A stretch of 64,000 nt of DNA. Source: Octopus vulgaris. Its lineage: Eukaryota. Location: positions 102,486,001-102,550,000 of the forward strand of contig OX597818.1 in the NCBI GenBank assembly GCA_951406725.2, read 5' to 3'. The position numbers and the translations under genes were made by a program. This document shows positions 43,602 to 56,165 of this stretch, one piece after another (positions within the stretch are counted from its first letter, which is position 1; the number at the start of each line of letters is the position of its first letter). The notes below the pieces were generated by a model. It searched no databases. It was not told the DNA's origin and saw only the letters and a program-made list of their open reading frames with translations.

Positions 43602-43708
43602 ATTTCTTACTGATGAATCTAAGGGCCTATGGTAGATTGGCTTGATTTAATATAATCAGGTTAGTTTACCATTAAACAGTAGACGAAACGGTGCATCGTA
43701 TAAGAAAT
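43602..43708 (+). ncRNA. Type I hammerhead ribozyme, element A copy 3
   Basis: Same motif 490 nt downstream of copy 2, with one substitution in a loop. Confidence 0.72.
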
Positions 43709-43827
43709 TACAGGGTAAATGTTTTTTTAATTTTCTCCTGGTTTATGGAATTGATGTTATTTTGCGGTTGAAGCTTTTGGCTGTTATTTCTAGTGGGTGA
43801 ATGGCCTATTATGGCCGTTCCTTGATT

Positions 43828-43868
<41 letters not shown>

Positions 43869-44080
43869 CAATGATAAATATCAAAGTGAGTTATATACAG
43901 TAGCGGTAACACATCGTGACGTATTTTTGCCATTTCAATATGGCTAACCCCTAAGGGTGGATGCTACTGTAGTTTTTAGCCCCAGGAGGACACACTCCTC
44001 CAGCTGGCCATAGACACACTATCTGTGTCCTGTCAGTATTTGCAAAGGGAAGTCATCCTTCCCGTCTTCAACTTATGATA

Positions 44081-44125
44081 CACACGGACTCGAGTTTCGA
44101 GGTATTGACCTCTCGTCAGCGTGTG
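44081..44125 (-). ncRNA. Canonical minimal type I hammerhead ribozyme
   Basis: cacacg-CTGACGA-gagg tcaata cctc-GAAA-ctcgag-TC-cgtgtg: perfect core, 6-bp stem I, palindromic stem III, GUC. Confidence 0.92.
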
Positions 44126-44423
44126 ACAATCATAGTTGTCGCCGAGAATTAGATTTCCTTCACAAATACTTATACTTTTTCCAGCGTCCACTGTCGCTGA
44201 TATTGAAAAAGTGAAATCAAACAATGATAAATATCAAAGTGAGTTATATACAGTAGCGGTAACACATCGTGACGTATTTTTGCCATTTCAATATGGCTAA
44301 CCCCTAAGGGTGGATGCTACTGTAATTTTTAGCCCCAGGAGGACACACTCCTCCAGCTGGCCATAGACACACTATCTGTGTCCTGTCAGTATTTGCAAAG
44401 GGAAGTCATCCTTCCCGTCTTCC

Positions 44424-44464
44424 CGCTGACGAGAGGTCAATACCTCGAAACTCGAGTCCGTGTG
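44424..44464 (+). ncRNA. HHR copy with the 5' strand of stem I truncated by the inversion
   Basis: cg-CTGACGA-gaggtcaatacctc-GAAA-ctcgag-TC-cgtgtg. Confidence 0.75.
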
Positions 44465-44630
44465 TATCATAAGTTGAAGACGGGAAGGATGACTTCCCTT
44501 TGCAAATACTGACAGGACACAGATAGTGTGTCTATGGCCAGCTGGAGGAGTGTGTCCTCCTGGGGCTAAAAACTACAGTAGCATCCACCCTTAGGGATTA
44601 GCCATATTGAAATGGCAAAAATACGTCACG

Positions 44631-44661
<31 letters not shown>

Positions 44662-44824
44662 ATGGGAGAAAGCGCTAATAATCTGAATCATATGATCTGA
44701 ATGATATGATATATATATGTAAAAAATGTTATATATAAATAAATATCTATAAATATGAACCATCCGATCTTCTGATTACCTCATTTCTTCTTTCTAATAC
44801 ATATATACATATATATATACATAT

Positions 44825-44878
<54 letters not shown>

Positions 44879-45360
44879 GTACATATGTAGGTACGTATGT
44901 CAAGGGATCCAAGTGCAGAAAGTTTGTAAGCTTCGAACTTTTTTGCTGCTATTATAGACGACAAAAACATGGCGATATAGTATAAAACGATTTTATGAAC
45001 AAATAATTATTTGCGACAGAAGCAGAAATAATATGTAATAAAAGTTAACATTATTCCAACTTAAAAGAGGATGCTATGGTAGGACATAGAATACTACCAT
45101 AGTTACTATGATGGCTGAAATCACGTTATCTGATAACTATCGTAGTGTATTAACATCGTAATTTACACATCGTATGGCATATTGAAATCAGAAGAAATTT
45201 CGATAACCTCATTTTGAACGCACGCTAGCAAAGTAATGATTGTTCCATACTTGGTAACATACATAGAAGTAGCCTTCCTAATCTCCAGTTCTTATATTCA
45301 TAACATCTTTCAATTTGTCAAATATATCTTTACGTCATCGAGCGTGCGTGTATATATATA

Positions 45361-45571
45361 CTCTCTTTTACTCTTTTACTTGTTTCACTCATTTGACTGC
45401 GGCCATGCTGGAGCACCGCCTTTAGTCGAGCAAATCGACCCCAGAACTTATTCTTTGTAAGCCCAGTACTTATTCTATCGGTTTCTTTTGCCGAACCGCT
45501 AAGTGACGGGGACGTAAACACACCAGCATCGGTTGTCAAGCAATGCTAGGGGGACAAACACAGACACACAG

Positions 45572-45634
<63 letters not shown>

Positions 45635-45793
45635 TACGACAGGCTTCTTTCAGTTTCCGTCTACCAAATCCACTCACAAGGCATTGCTCGGCCCGGAGCT
45701 ATAGCAGAAGACACTTGCCCAAGATGACACGCAGTGGGTCTGAAGCCGGAACCATGTGGTTGGTTAGCAAGCTACTTACCACACAGCCACTCC
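45361..45793 (-). mobile_element. Full-length SINE family 1
   Basis: Near-identical reverse complement of 22109-22525. Confidence 0.92.
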
Positions 45794-47088
45794 TTTTTAA
45801 ATATCTTTATGGGATTTTTTCGGAAGCTTCGTAATGCTTGGAAATAAATTTTCCTCGTCTTATATTTAATTTTGGTTTCAAATGATTTTGGAATTTTACT
45901 ACTATAAAAAAAAATATCTTGTAATGCGTATATATAGCTTTCATATATAGTGTTTAAAGCGTTTTGTTTCTAATTATTGATATTGGTTCAGGTATGCTTA
46001 GTTTTACTTTAATTTAATCCGATTTATCTATCACTATATATAATTCAAAACTAATTGTACAATTTCTCACATACAAAATTAGACGTTCTCATAAAAAATA
46101 TAACGCATTTAGCATTCTTGCGTATAAATGTCTCAAAAGATTCTATAATCATGTATAATCTATGTTAATCTTCTTGTCTTCACATTATTTCTTTCATTCA
46201 TATATATTCTTTTTATAAACTATATCTTGTAATCTTATAATCTACATAGTTGACGCTTATACTTGTCTGTAAATACTCTGAAGACGTGACTCATCAACAT
46301 ATCAGACCTTTGAAGAATTACACTCACATATTAAGTCGTTGAAAGCAGATTCCTGAATCTAATATAATTCATGCATATTTAATGTAATGAAGACTTACAT
46401 TAAATGTGTATGTGAAGCTAAGTAATATATCTCTCATTCTATCTATTTAAGCATTTATGAATATAACAAACAATCTATTCATCTATTTATTCAACTATGC
46501 ATATATATATATATATATATAAAACTTCAAATGCTTGCCTCGCTTTAAAGTTTGTTGGCCTCTTTAACAATTATATATTATATATTCGCTACATCGGAAA
46601 TATGCAATAGCTCCAGAACTACCGTCTCGGCTAAACTATGGAGCCCTAGTAATCCGTTATAGCACTTAACTAATCGTTTAGATCACCTACGAACTACACA
46701 CCCATAAGTTGTACATATATATATATATATCATAAAAAGTCAAAACAACATTTAGTTCCAAGCATTACGAAGCTTCCGAAAAATCCCATAAATACTCGCG
46801 ATTGAAAGCTGGGTAATGAGAAGATATTTAAAAAGACTCGACATGAATTGCGAATTAGATGATTTGAAGATGAAAATCTTAAATATATTTTCTTCTATCT
46901 TCAGCGCAATATATATCAAATATGTACTAAGCAGTGTTTATAACAAAGCAGTGTCCATAACAAAGCGATTTTGCACGTCTATACACAAACACTTGCAAGT
47001 ATAGATTCGAAAGAGTCAGTACTTGTGGAGGTTTTTTGTAGCTTCGTAATGCTTGGACATTAAATCAGTATGTAGGTATGTATGTACG

Positions 47089-47142
<54 letters not shown>

Positions 47143-47269
47143 CATGTATATATATATATATATATATATATATTTAACAATGAGGGAGATAAATTAATAT
47201 TAATTTTAATATCAATTTAAAACCAGTAGTCCAGCATACAAAAATCTGAGAAATCAGAGAAAATTCTAA

Positions 47270-47518
47270 TATATGTGTATATTGGCAGGGCTTACTGCTA
47301 GGGAGTCGGCCGTATGCTAGAAATAGACCATCAACGATCAAACTACAAGGAAATTCTCTAGAGGAAAAATACAGCGAACACCAGAACCAACTTTGGCGGG
47401 CATGACAGATGAAAATTTATATTAAAAACAGAATTTCCTCTAGAGAATGTCCTTGTAGTTTGATCGTTGATGGTCTATTTCTAGCATACGGCCGACTCCC
47501 TAGCAGTAAGCCCTGCCA

Positions 47519-47530
<12 letters not shown>
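47270..47530. repeat. ~97-bp near-perfect inverted repeat with ~65-bp spacer, within a TA-flanked insert (47175-47530)
   Basis: attggcagggcttactgctagggagtcggccgtatgctagaaatagacc... and its reverse complement at 47433-47530. Confidence 0.92.
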
Positions 47531-47572
<42 letters not shown>

Positions 47573-48853
47573 AAATTCGTATTGAAAAGTAACTAAAACT
47601 TGTGGCGCATATACACTATTCTTTGATTTGACCTATATGAATAGCTCGTTGAAAATTAATAAATGTATCCTATGTAAACGCATTAGTGATATATTCAAAC
47701 ACATTTAGCGATACCCTATTGATTAAGAGATTCAGATTGTTATCTACTCCTTCCACTGGCAGCGTTGCAATATCGTTTTGAAAGGTTTTATGCAAGTGTT
47801 GTTATTGCTGAGCAGTATTTCTGCTATAGAGGTCAGCGTCCAGATGTTCATTGCCGAGGAAGTTTACCATGATAAAATGTTGAATAAATTGAGAGACATT
47901 ACGACATGTTTACCATTCTCATGTTTTATGCAACATTTTAGCAAGGATATACTGTGGTTTCTACAGGCCGGAAGATGGCTTCAAATCAAAACTAATTTAT
48001 CGATATTGCAACAAACAAGCCGTGTAGTGCTTCTTAATTTTATTTACACTGACAGGTCATAGTTCACAAGTAATAAAATCAAAATAGGGAAAAGTTCTAA
48101 TTGCGTTTCGAGGCTACTCTGCAAAGTATAGTGTACAGAATATATTTTTTATCGAAGATATATGTACAAGCAGAAACCAAGTACGAACAACAATGAAATG
48201 AGAAAAGTCCTCGACGCAAAGAAACGGAAATGATCGGTGGAATACGGAAATATGAAAATACAATAGAACGTTACTATCTATACATAAGGAAGTCATAATC
48301 TGCAACGTGGAAATTACACCCGAGGAAGTCAAATTAGATAATGTCAAAGCAACAGGAAAATCTTACAAATAATAAATTTCAAATAGAAAGCAGAATAATG
48401 AAAGAACAAATGGTGAGAAACCCAATCCGCTGCCTATAGAAGGCAAGACTTTACGGAGAAATATTAAAGCAGAAAGTAATCTGATGATTAGTCAAAAAAC
48501 CCAAACTAAAATTATGATTACTAATTATAATTAGTACAATTTTGAGTATATGCTCTATATTTTAGTTACAGTAATTCCAATCTTCATGCATAATAATTCT
48601 TCGACCAAATTTCGGGAATATTTTCTTAAGAAAAGTTGGACTGTGAATAATTTCACAGGCGTTATTTTCTTCCTGATGCTAATTATGTATTTGAACATGC
48701 TTTACTTCAGATCTACTTTTTAGCAAAGAGGAACCGGGTCTTGATATATATCATTATGGGTGCATGAAAATATTACTTGTTTACTGCATACGCAGTGTTG
48801 TTCAATGGCAATAGTTAACCACATGATCCTGTCCATACATATTCACATTATTA

Positions 48854-49391
48854 AAAATAAAATAAATGCGCCATTTTAAAGCCTAGACTGGCTCATGGGT
48901 CCGGTTTCCCGGTTTCTATGGCGTACGTATTCTACCCAGCTGGACGGGACGCCAGACCATTGCAGCGTTACTCAAAGATCAGGAAGAAAGAGTGAGAGTA
49001 CAGCAGGAGTCACCACCACCCCTGTCGGAGCTTTAGGTGTTTTCGCCCAACAAACACACACAACGCCCAGTCTAGGAAGCGAAATCGCGATCCTCCCACC
49101 GCGAGTTCGCTGCCCTAATCAGTGGACCATTGCGCCTCCACATCGCCCTTTTAAAGCCTAGCCAGGCTCATGGGTCCGGTTTCGCGATTTCTATGGCGTA
49201 TGCGTTCCCCAGCTGGACGGGATGCCAGTCCATTGCAGCGTTACTTATTTTTGCCAGCTGAGGGGACTGGAGTAACGTGAAATGAAGTGTTTTGCTCAAG
49301 AACACGACGCGTCAGCCAGTCCGGGAATTGAAACCACAATATTACGATCATGATGCTGACACCCTATCCACTAAGCCACTGGCCTCCACTG
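48854..49391 (-). mobile_element. Composite of two tRNA-headed SINEs sharing a 3' tail, with a 12-bp TSD
   Basis: Heads end at ~49390 and ~49140; tail ttttaaagcctag...ggctcatgggtccggtttc occurs twice; ttcacattatta at 48842 and 49392. Confidence 0.8.
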
Positions 49392-49489
49392 TTCACATTA
49401 TTAGCAAATACTAAACAATCAGAAATGATGTGATCAATTGTTTTGTTTTATAGAGATAGAAGAAAATGTATGATTCTTAGATACTAGGT

Positions 49490-49620
49490 GTAGAACCACA
49501 AAATTACAATTACAACATAATAATAACAAGTTGCAGACAATACTTCTGACATGAGATAGTGATCATGTTTACATCTGTCCTAGCCTTTTCACCTTTGAAT
49601 ATAAATACAGAAAATATTGA
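49490..49620 (+). pseudogene. Very decayed Dong/R4 CCHC-region fragment
   Basis: DHVYICPSLFTFEYKYR-like translation, similar to DH..SGCP.LA..EY..RH. Confidence 0.3.
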
Positions 49621-52149
49621 TACGGCAGCTATCTGCGTTGCAGGTGCCTGGTGTATATTTACCAGACGAGTAGTCATGATCTGTATAATGAGCTCCGGAT
49701 ATTTCTAACCCAGTGAGACTTTGATGGCTTGTGCTAATCTTTCATGATAACAATATTTCACAGTTTAGCACAAGGCCTGCAATGTCGGCTGACGACGTAA
49801 ATCGATTACTTCGACTGCAGTGCATAACTTGTACGTCTTTCATCGTCTCTGGAAGGATGAATGGTAAAATCGACCTTGACGAAGCTTTTTAATACGTAAA
49901 GACCTCGATGTAAAATATATACTAAATGATATAAACAAGTAACAGCTACACAAAAACCTCCACACCATCATCAGGCGTCTCTAGATTTAAGGTAATATAG
50001 CAGCAAATCATGCAAGTAAAGTCAATAAGCATTGTTAGATAATCCATCATTTCCACACAAAGCTTTTATTTGTAAGAACATCCAAAGCAATATGTTTTAG
50101 AGGCAGCGTTTGAAGTCTGAGCGGAAACATAGACGACGTGCCGCTAAACGCCAGCTCGCCACCTTACTAATAATAACAATAATAATGATAATAATAATAA
50201 TGATGATAATAATAATAATAATAAGCATTGGAGGGAACTTAAGGAAGAGAAGAGCTCATCGGTTCTGTACCAGCACACCGAGCTGGAACACGGGCTGACT
50301 CAGCAACATAGAAGTTAAAATCTTGTTCACACATAGAAGAGGCGCAACGCTTAGGCAAATTACAGAAGCTACACACAAAATAGAAGATAATTCTAGCCTG
50401 AATAGGAAACTGGTATAGAACACTAGCACACACCCCAACACACCACAACATATGACAGAATAAGATCCACGTAAACTGATAACAATACGCACAAAATATA
50501 ATACAATATACAAACAAATGTAATTAAATAACTATATATGTTACAAAATTAAATCAAATTTTAAAAAATGAAAGAATAGAAAAAAAGAAAGAAATAATAA
50601 TAATACGTAGGTATAAACACATGAACAAAATAAACAAAAATCAAATTAAAAGAACGTGTATAAACAGGGGATACAGATAATACAGGTATCTCCCCACACA
50701 CACGTGCACTTACTAAACATAAACACACATAGGGGTATACGCATGCACAAATATAGACACGTACAATAGGAATACAAAATACAAATTGGTTGATCGTTAG
50801 TAAGGAAAGACACACAAATAAGAAAGAAGAAAGCAAAGAACCACTGATGAGGTCACAGAAGTGTGACGTAAGAACACTGGCTGAAATACGATTAATGTAA
50901 AAAATAAAATAAAGCTGAAGCATGTTAACACCAAATACATAGTGCGTCTGTTTTTATTGTCTAAACTGGCAACATAAACATCCCAGAATACAACAGTATC
51001 TATTTCAACACACAATTTCGCATCAAGAATCTTGCAAAACGAATATATAAATATAATGACATACTTTTGTTTTTAATTGAGTTATGATCCACTGGGTAAA
51101 TATACCTCGTTTCATTAAACTATAACACACAAAATATTGCCATCTTTCGTCGATACTCTTCTGTAAGCAATAAAATAATTTTTACTGCAAATACATTTGG
51201 AAAATAGCGAAGATATTGCGTCATAATAAAAAGTTACTATATAAATATATTTGTGTCCCAATTTCTAAGTTAGCATCTTATCTTAGATGCCCTGGTCGTT
51301 ATTATATTGCGTCAGTAACATAAATTTAAATCCTAGGTTGAAATCAATATAACCGGCGAGACGTTTACTTCAAACTAATATTTCTTGAACAACTTGCTTC
51401 GAACAAAAGTTATTATATTTCTACGTAAAATTATTCCATAAACTCAGCAGACATCATTATTCGAAATTATTAAATTTACTCTTAGGTGTGGTGTTTATTG
51501 GTATGATAAAAAAAATTGCGATATTCTTTATCGGTACAGTCATGTTTGAAAGCGCTCTCACTTCATTTTAAAATTGCTGTATGAAATGAAATTTTAAATT
51601 AAATCACTAGCGAACGATAGTGAGAAATTAAAATGTAGTTTATGAAAGTTCGAATCTAATCGGCAATGAACCATCAATGACCTACATGAAAAATTAATAA
51701 ACCTTTTATATTTCGCTTAAAAGAAAAACGTTGTATTAAAACCTCGATAGACATTCTTATAGTTCATTACCTTCCGGATAGACCATTTCACATAAGATGA
51801 CGTTATTAACTTCTTTATTCACAAATTAATTTTCCTACTCATATTTCCTAGGAGAGCAAAAGTATATTATCCTATCTCACATGTATGCATTTGCATCATA
51901 TATATATAAGATGTTCTTATTTATTTTACATGGTGTCATGCTGTTTTAAAAACTCCTTCTCCAATGGAATTTAATGCCGTGAAAATATGAAGACTGCTAT
52001 ATTGGAATCTTGTTTAGTCTACCTTCTAAAATTATGATTCTCGCATCCTATCAAATGGGGCTACAGCATATTCTAATTCAGACAGTCAACACTGGCAAGT
52101 CAAAAACGTTTAGGTGCTGTGAGATTCGGGGGTATCGTAAAAGCAGGAA

Positions 52150-52420
52150 GGTATCTGGTCAAATCATAATGTTATTTTAGAAGTAGTGACGAAAGTGGTA
52201 ATGAAGGAGCATGTAAACTCTGAACGGTCAGTTGAATGGCAAGCTGATAGTCATCAGTTCGATTTCGCAACGGACAGAGACACAGGCCTAATGTGAACAC
52301 TGTCACATGGAGTAATGTAAATGTTCATGTAGGCGTCTTTTAGAGAACAGCATACAGATTCAATGCACCTGTTATGCATGCAGTTGTCGGGAATAATATT
52401 CCATTTGCTTCATTTGGCTT
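52150..52420 (-). pseudogene. Possible BEL/Pao integrase remnant
   Basis: KWNIIPDNCMHNRCIESVCCSLKDA resembles W.F.P...PH.NG..E..V.S.K.A. Confidence 0.3.
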
Positions 52421-52423
52421 TTC

Positions 52424-53106
52424 ATGTTTTCTTCGACTCTCTTAACGAAACAAGAAAAACACAGATGGAATTTTTCCTTTAAGAAGATATTATGTTTTCG
52501 ATGCCATCTTCATGCATTCTGGGATTTCCATGGCCCGTCCATCATAGTATCAACGATGTCAGCTCATACCATAGTCCCTCTCCCTCCTGTTGGCGTCTCA
52601 AATCATGAGGACGGTTCACGCTGATTGACACCCAACATTTGCTCCAATAATTTGGTTCGTCAAGAGTAACACAGCATTTGTCAGTGAATAGAACTGCTGA
52701 AAAACATATTTTGTTGTATTCCTCTACCCGTTTCAGTCTCTTTTACTTATGAACACCCTTCAGAGGGAGCATTGTAACATGTTTAATATTCCTGGCTACC
52801 TGCTTCAAGAGACATCTAGTAGTTTTCGATATGTCTTCCTTGTCACAACGTTAAAAGACCGATAGTTGTAGGACATGGGTTGCACACAACTTCCCTTTTC
52901 ACACGTAAGAAAGTACTAGTTAAATCAGCTTTTGACTTACCCTTATTTTCCCTGAACCGGACGGAATGTGGGGATTGCACAAATATCTTCACTGTTCTGG
53001 GATCTCTTTCCAGTATTTCTGATATTTCGATGGTTGTTTTTCCTTATCCAAGCTCTGACACGATGGTATACTTCTCGTCCGAGGTAAGATCACATTTTGG
53101 ACCCAT
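52424..53106 (-). mobile_element. TRT-like (DD37E-type) Tc1/mariner transposase pseudogene
   Basis: MGPKCDLTSDEKYTIVSELG*GKTTIEISEILERDPRTVK...VLFTDKCCVTLDEPNYWSKCW...LRRQQEGEG matches MG.K.DL...RDHRT.K / TDE.R.TLDGPDGW / LRRQQGGGG. Confidence 0.85.
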
Positions 53107-54714
53107 AATGACATTTAAATTAGGTACCTGCCTAATAATTTGGGTCAGCAGAAATGTCGCTGCTACACGAGAGTGGCCGCCATTTGTTTTCGCCTGATCA
53201 GATCCGATTTATTCTAACAGAATGTGAGCAGATAAGTGGTGCCAACAGTCAGTGGGAAAAGAACTGGTGTTAAATGAATATACATTCAAAACAGGGGACT
53301 AAGAGTTTGGAATTAGGTTACTATTTTCAGTAAGTTGAGTAACCCGGAGCTGCTTCCTTATTGGATCTTATTTAAAGAGAAATACTACTTTCTGGTAATT
53401 GAACTTTACTTTGAGTTGCAACTAATTCAGATTCCTATTCTATAACATAGAGTGTATTAAATTCATTTACATTCTTACGTTTTGTAATATTACGAATTTT
53501 GTAACATAAAATCCCTAATTTCCGACATTATTTCGAACATGAATTGCTTCAATGAAATGTGACATGCTAACATTAAGCTTGAGTTACCAACTTCACGGTT
53601 TGGTGTTTGACTCTCACTCTGCTACGTACGCCATTATAAAGGTGAGGTATACAATGGAATTCTTTCAGTCATGTAGAAAAATGCCAGCCTGTTTTCCATA
53701 TTCTATACTTTATAAAGAAAATCTAGATTAATATTTTCCCTAATAAATGGACTATCTGATTATGAACGAAAAAATATATATCATTAGTAGCACTTCAACA
53801 AATCATTAATTAAAATCGTATTCCGCAGGCGCGAATCCAACGAAAACAAAAGCATTAGAACAATTATGAAATACTGGAAAATAATTATACATATCAGAAT
53901 TCTATTATAGATATATATTTTCAAAGCGCCACATTATTTCTCAAAGTTACATTTGACATGAAAAGTTAATTATCATATTTCTCTGTTTATCGCCTTTAGC
54001 TATAGAAATTTCACTTAATATTTTTTAAAGCAAAACCAACCTAATGGAATGAATATTAATTCTGATTTTCAGAGATAGTTTAATTTTCTCTTGTAAATTA
54101 TTTCTTTAATTTTGTCATTAACATTCATCATGAATGATTATTATTAAATATATAGGTGGAGGCAATCAATTGCTAAATGATTGCTTCAACAGAGCGAAAT
54201 TTTAATTTTCCGTTTTCAAAATTCACTTCTTTACGATACAGTCAAAAACGTAACCCATAATGGAAGTTTAAACTCGGAAACTTAGATTATTTTAATTAAC
54301 ACGAAGAATTGATTAAATCGGTTCAGAGCTTGTTTGCCCAGTGGATATTCCTGATTTTAGCTACTTTATATCCCAAATAAACAAGATGTGTGATGAACAC
54401 ATTTAATTTCCTCCTTTCTCAAACTATTTCCTTCGCCAAAGCTCCGCTAAACTGATACTCAGTGTAAGGGCAACAAAACCTTGTTGCATTTAGTAAGAGG
54501 TCATCACATTTAGGAGTCAACTATCACAAAATTGAGATGTATAGTAGTGAGCCAGGAAGGAATGAGATGCAGACATTCAAAAGTATGTGCAGTACAAGTT
54601 AAAATATGAAGAGAAAGTTTTTCCTATAATTTATAATTACCTAACTAACATTGATTTTTCAATACAAACTGAACATTTGCTGACAAATTTTTACATAAAT
54701 TCAATTGAAACTAC

Positions 54715-54830
54715 CTGCCTTGCCTGAAATGAATCATTTGAAAATCCTTTAAAAACAAACATTTTCCCTCTCTTTGAAATAAACATTTTACAAATTTCTG
54801 ATCGCATTCCAAGATCTCTGACATAAGTTT
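54715..54830 (-). other. Candidate 116-nt spliced exon
   Basis: Acceptor ttttctttttacag| and donor CAG|gtagtt; two frames open; no recognisable product. Confidence 0.25.
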
Positions 54831-55989
54831 CTGTAAAAAGAAAAATACGGAGTAAAATTACCGATGCCGAATCCACTGAGAAGTAGAGAGATAAATATAG
54901 AGACCTATAGAAACGGTGCCCGATGGGATAGAAAGGCTGGGATAGAGGCATCGGTGTGTAATTGAAATGATTTTTCTTGTTGCTGTTGGTCGTTTTCACC
55001 TGAATTATTGTTGCCGTGTACGCGACTCATGTGAGATTTAGATTATGATTTTCATTGTGTGCGATGTGAATAGACACACTTAAGTGTCTTGTGTCAACAA
55101 CTAAACAATACTATGTTGGATCTATTGAACTTGGGACTTATTTGTTACCCCAGATTGTGAGCGGTAATTGTGATTGGTGCTACAACTATATGTTTTTAAT
55201 TGTAGGTTGGATATTATAAGATCGTGCAAAGAATGGCATTGATTGCATATTAATCAGACGATCGCGAACGTATAGATATAGTAATTGTTTCATGGCTTTA
55301 AATATAGTGATTGATTCATAACGTCCGTGTTAGGAGGTAATAAATTAAACGGGTGTGTTTTGAACGTATATATCGAGGAGAGGCTAGTAAGAAGCATCAG
55401 CGTATTGCTCTGGATGAAATAACTGAAAATAAGATAAATATATAAATGGAAATAGAAGAAATGGTCGTGTGCAAATGTTAGAAATCAATATATAGTATAT
55501 AATGAGTAAATTCAAGTGCTGCATGGTTTCACATATGAATATTTACTACAGGAACTTTTTTTCCTATCTCATATTACTTTTGGAGACAAAACTGTAAATA
55601 AATGAAAAATATAAACATGAAATCATTGTAAATAAATATTTCTACAAAAACGAAAGATACGAGATAAATTGAAAAACAAAACATCAAAATAATAAAATAT
55701 CCAAAATAATGTTTCTTCATAAATATTATATATACGTAGAATTATAATTCATTTATATTGAATATTTCTAAAACAGAATTGAATATATATATATATTTTG
55801 AACAGACCAGATATTTCCAAGCATTTCTATATATTTAGAAGGCATTATTACGTTTAATTTCATTAAAACGAAATATAGCAAAAACATACGAATTAAGTAA
55901 AAATATTCGTATAAAATCTTCATATTGATCTCGCTTGCACTTGTCTTCCAATTCTGTTATATTGAGAAGAGATGCTTTTAACCATATAT

Positions 55990-56165
55990 CATTATAATTG
56001 TTTTCTATATCTGCATCAATATCCTCAACATAAGCACCAGTAGCATTACCATCATAACCATCACCATGATTTACACTACCGCGTTTATGATCATTATCCT
56101 CAACATCATCATCATCGTCGTAGTCACCGCAGCTATCGTCGTCGTCATCATCATCAATATGATGG
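55990..56165. repeat. Degenerate (ATC)n trinucleotide repeat
   Basis: Gives the Asp-rich ORF 55835-56200. Confidence 0.7.

Larger units (their letters stand above)
42303..43832. mobile_element. Retrozyme/Penelope-pLTR-like element A: ~490-bp unit, 1.45 copies plus 1.67 inverted copies, in (TA)n
   Basis: Direct period 492 (42303/42795), inverted period 490 (43014/43504); three HHR motifs; no ORF in the track. Confidence 0.85.
43867..44632. mobile_element. Retrozyme/Penelope-pLTR-like element B: 353-bp unit, 1.6 copies plus inverted partial copy, in (TA)n
   Basis: acaatgataaatatc at 43868 and 44221; inversion at ~44423; two HHR cores. Confidence 0.88.

Noticed and set aside
42303-44632. Assembly or chimeric-read artefact as the explanation for the palindromes
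   Set aside because: Copies differ by scattered substitutions, older diverged analogues exist in the window, and breakpoints track the HHR; not fully excluded without reads
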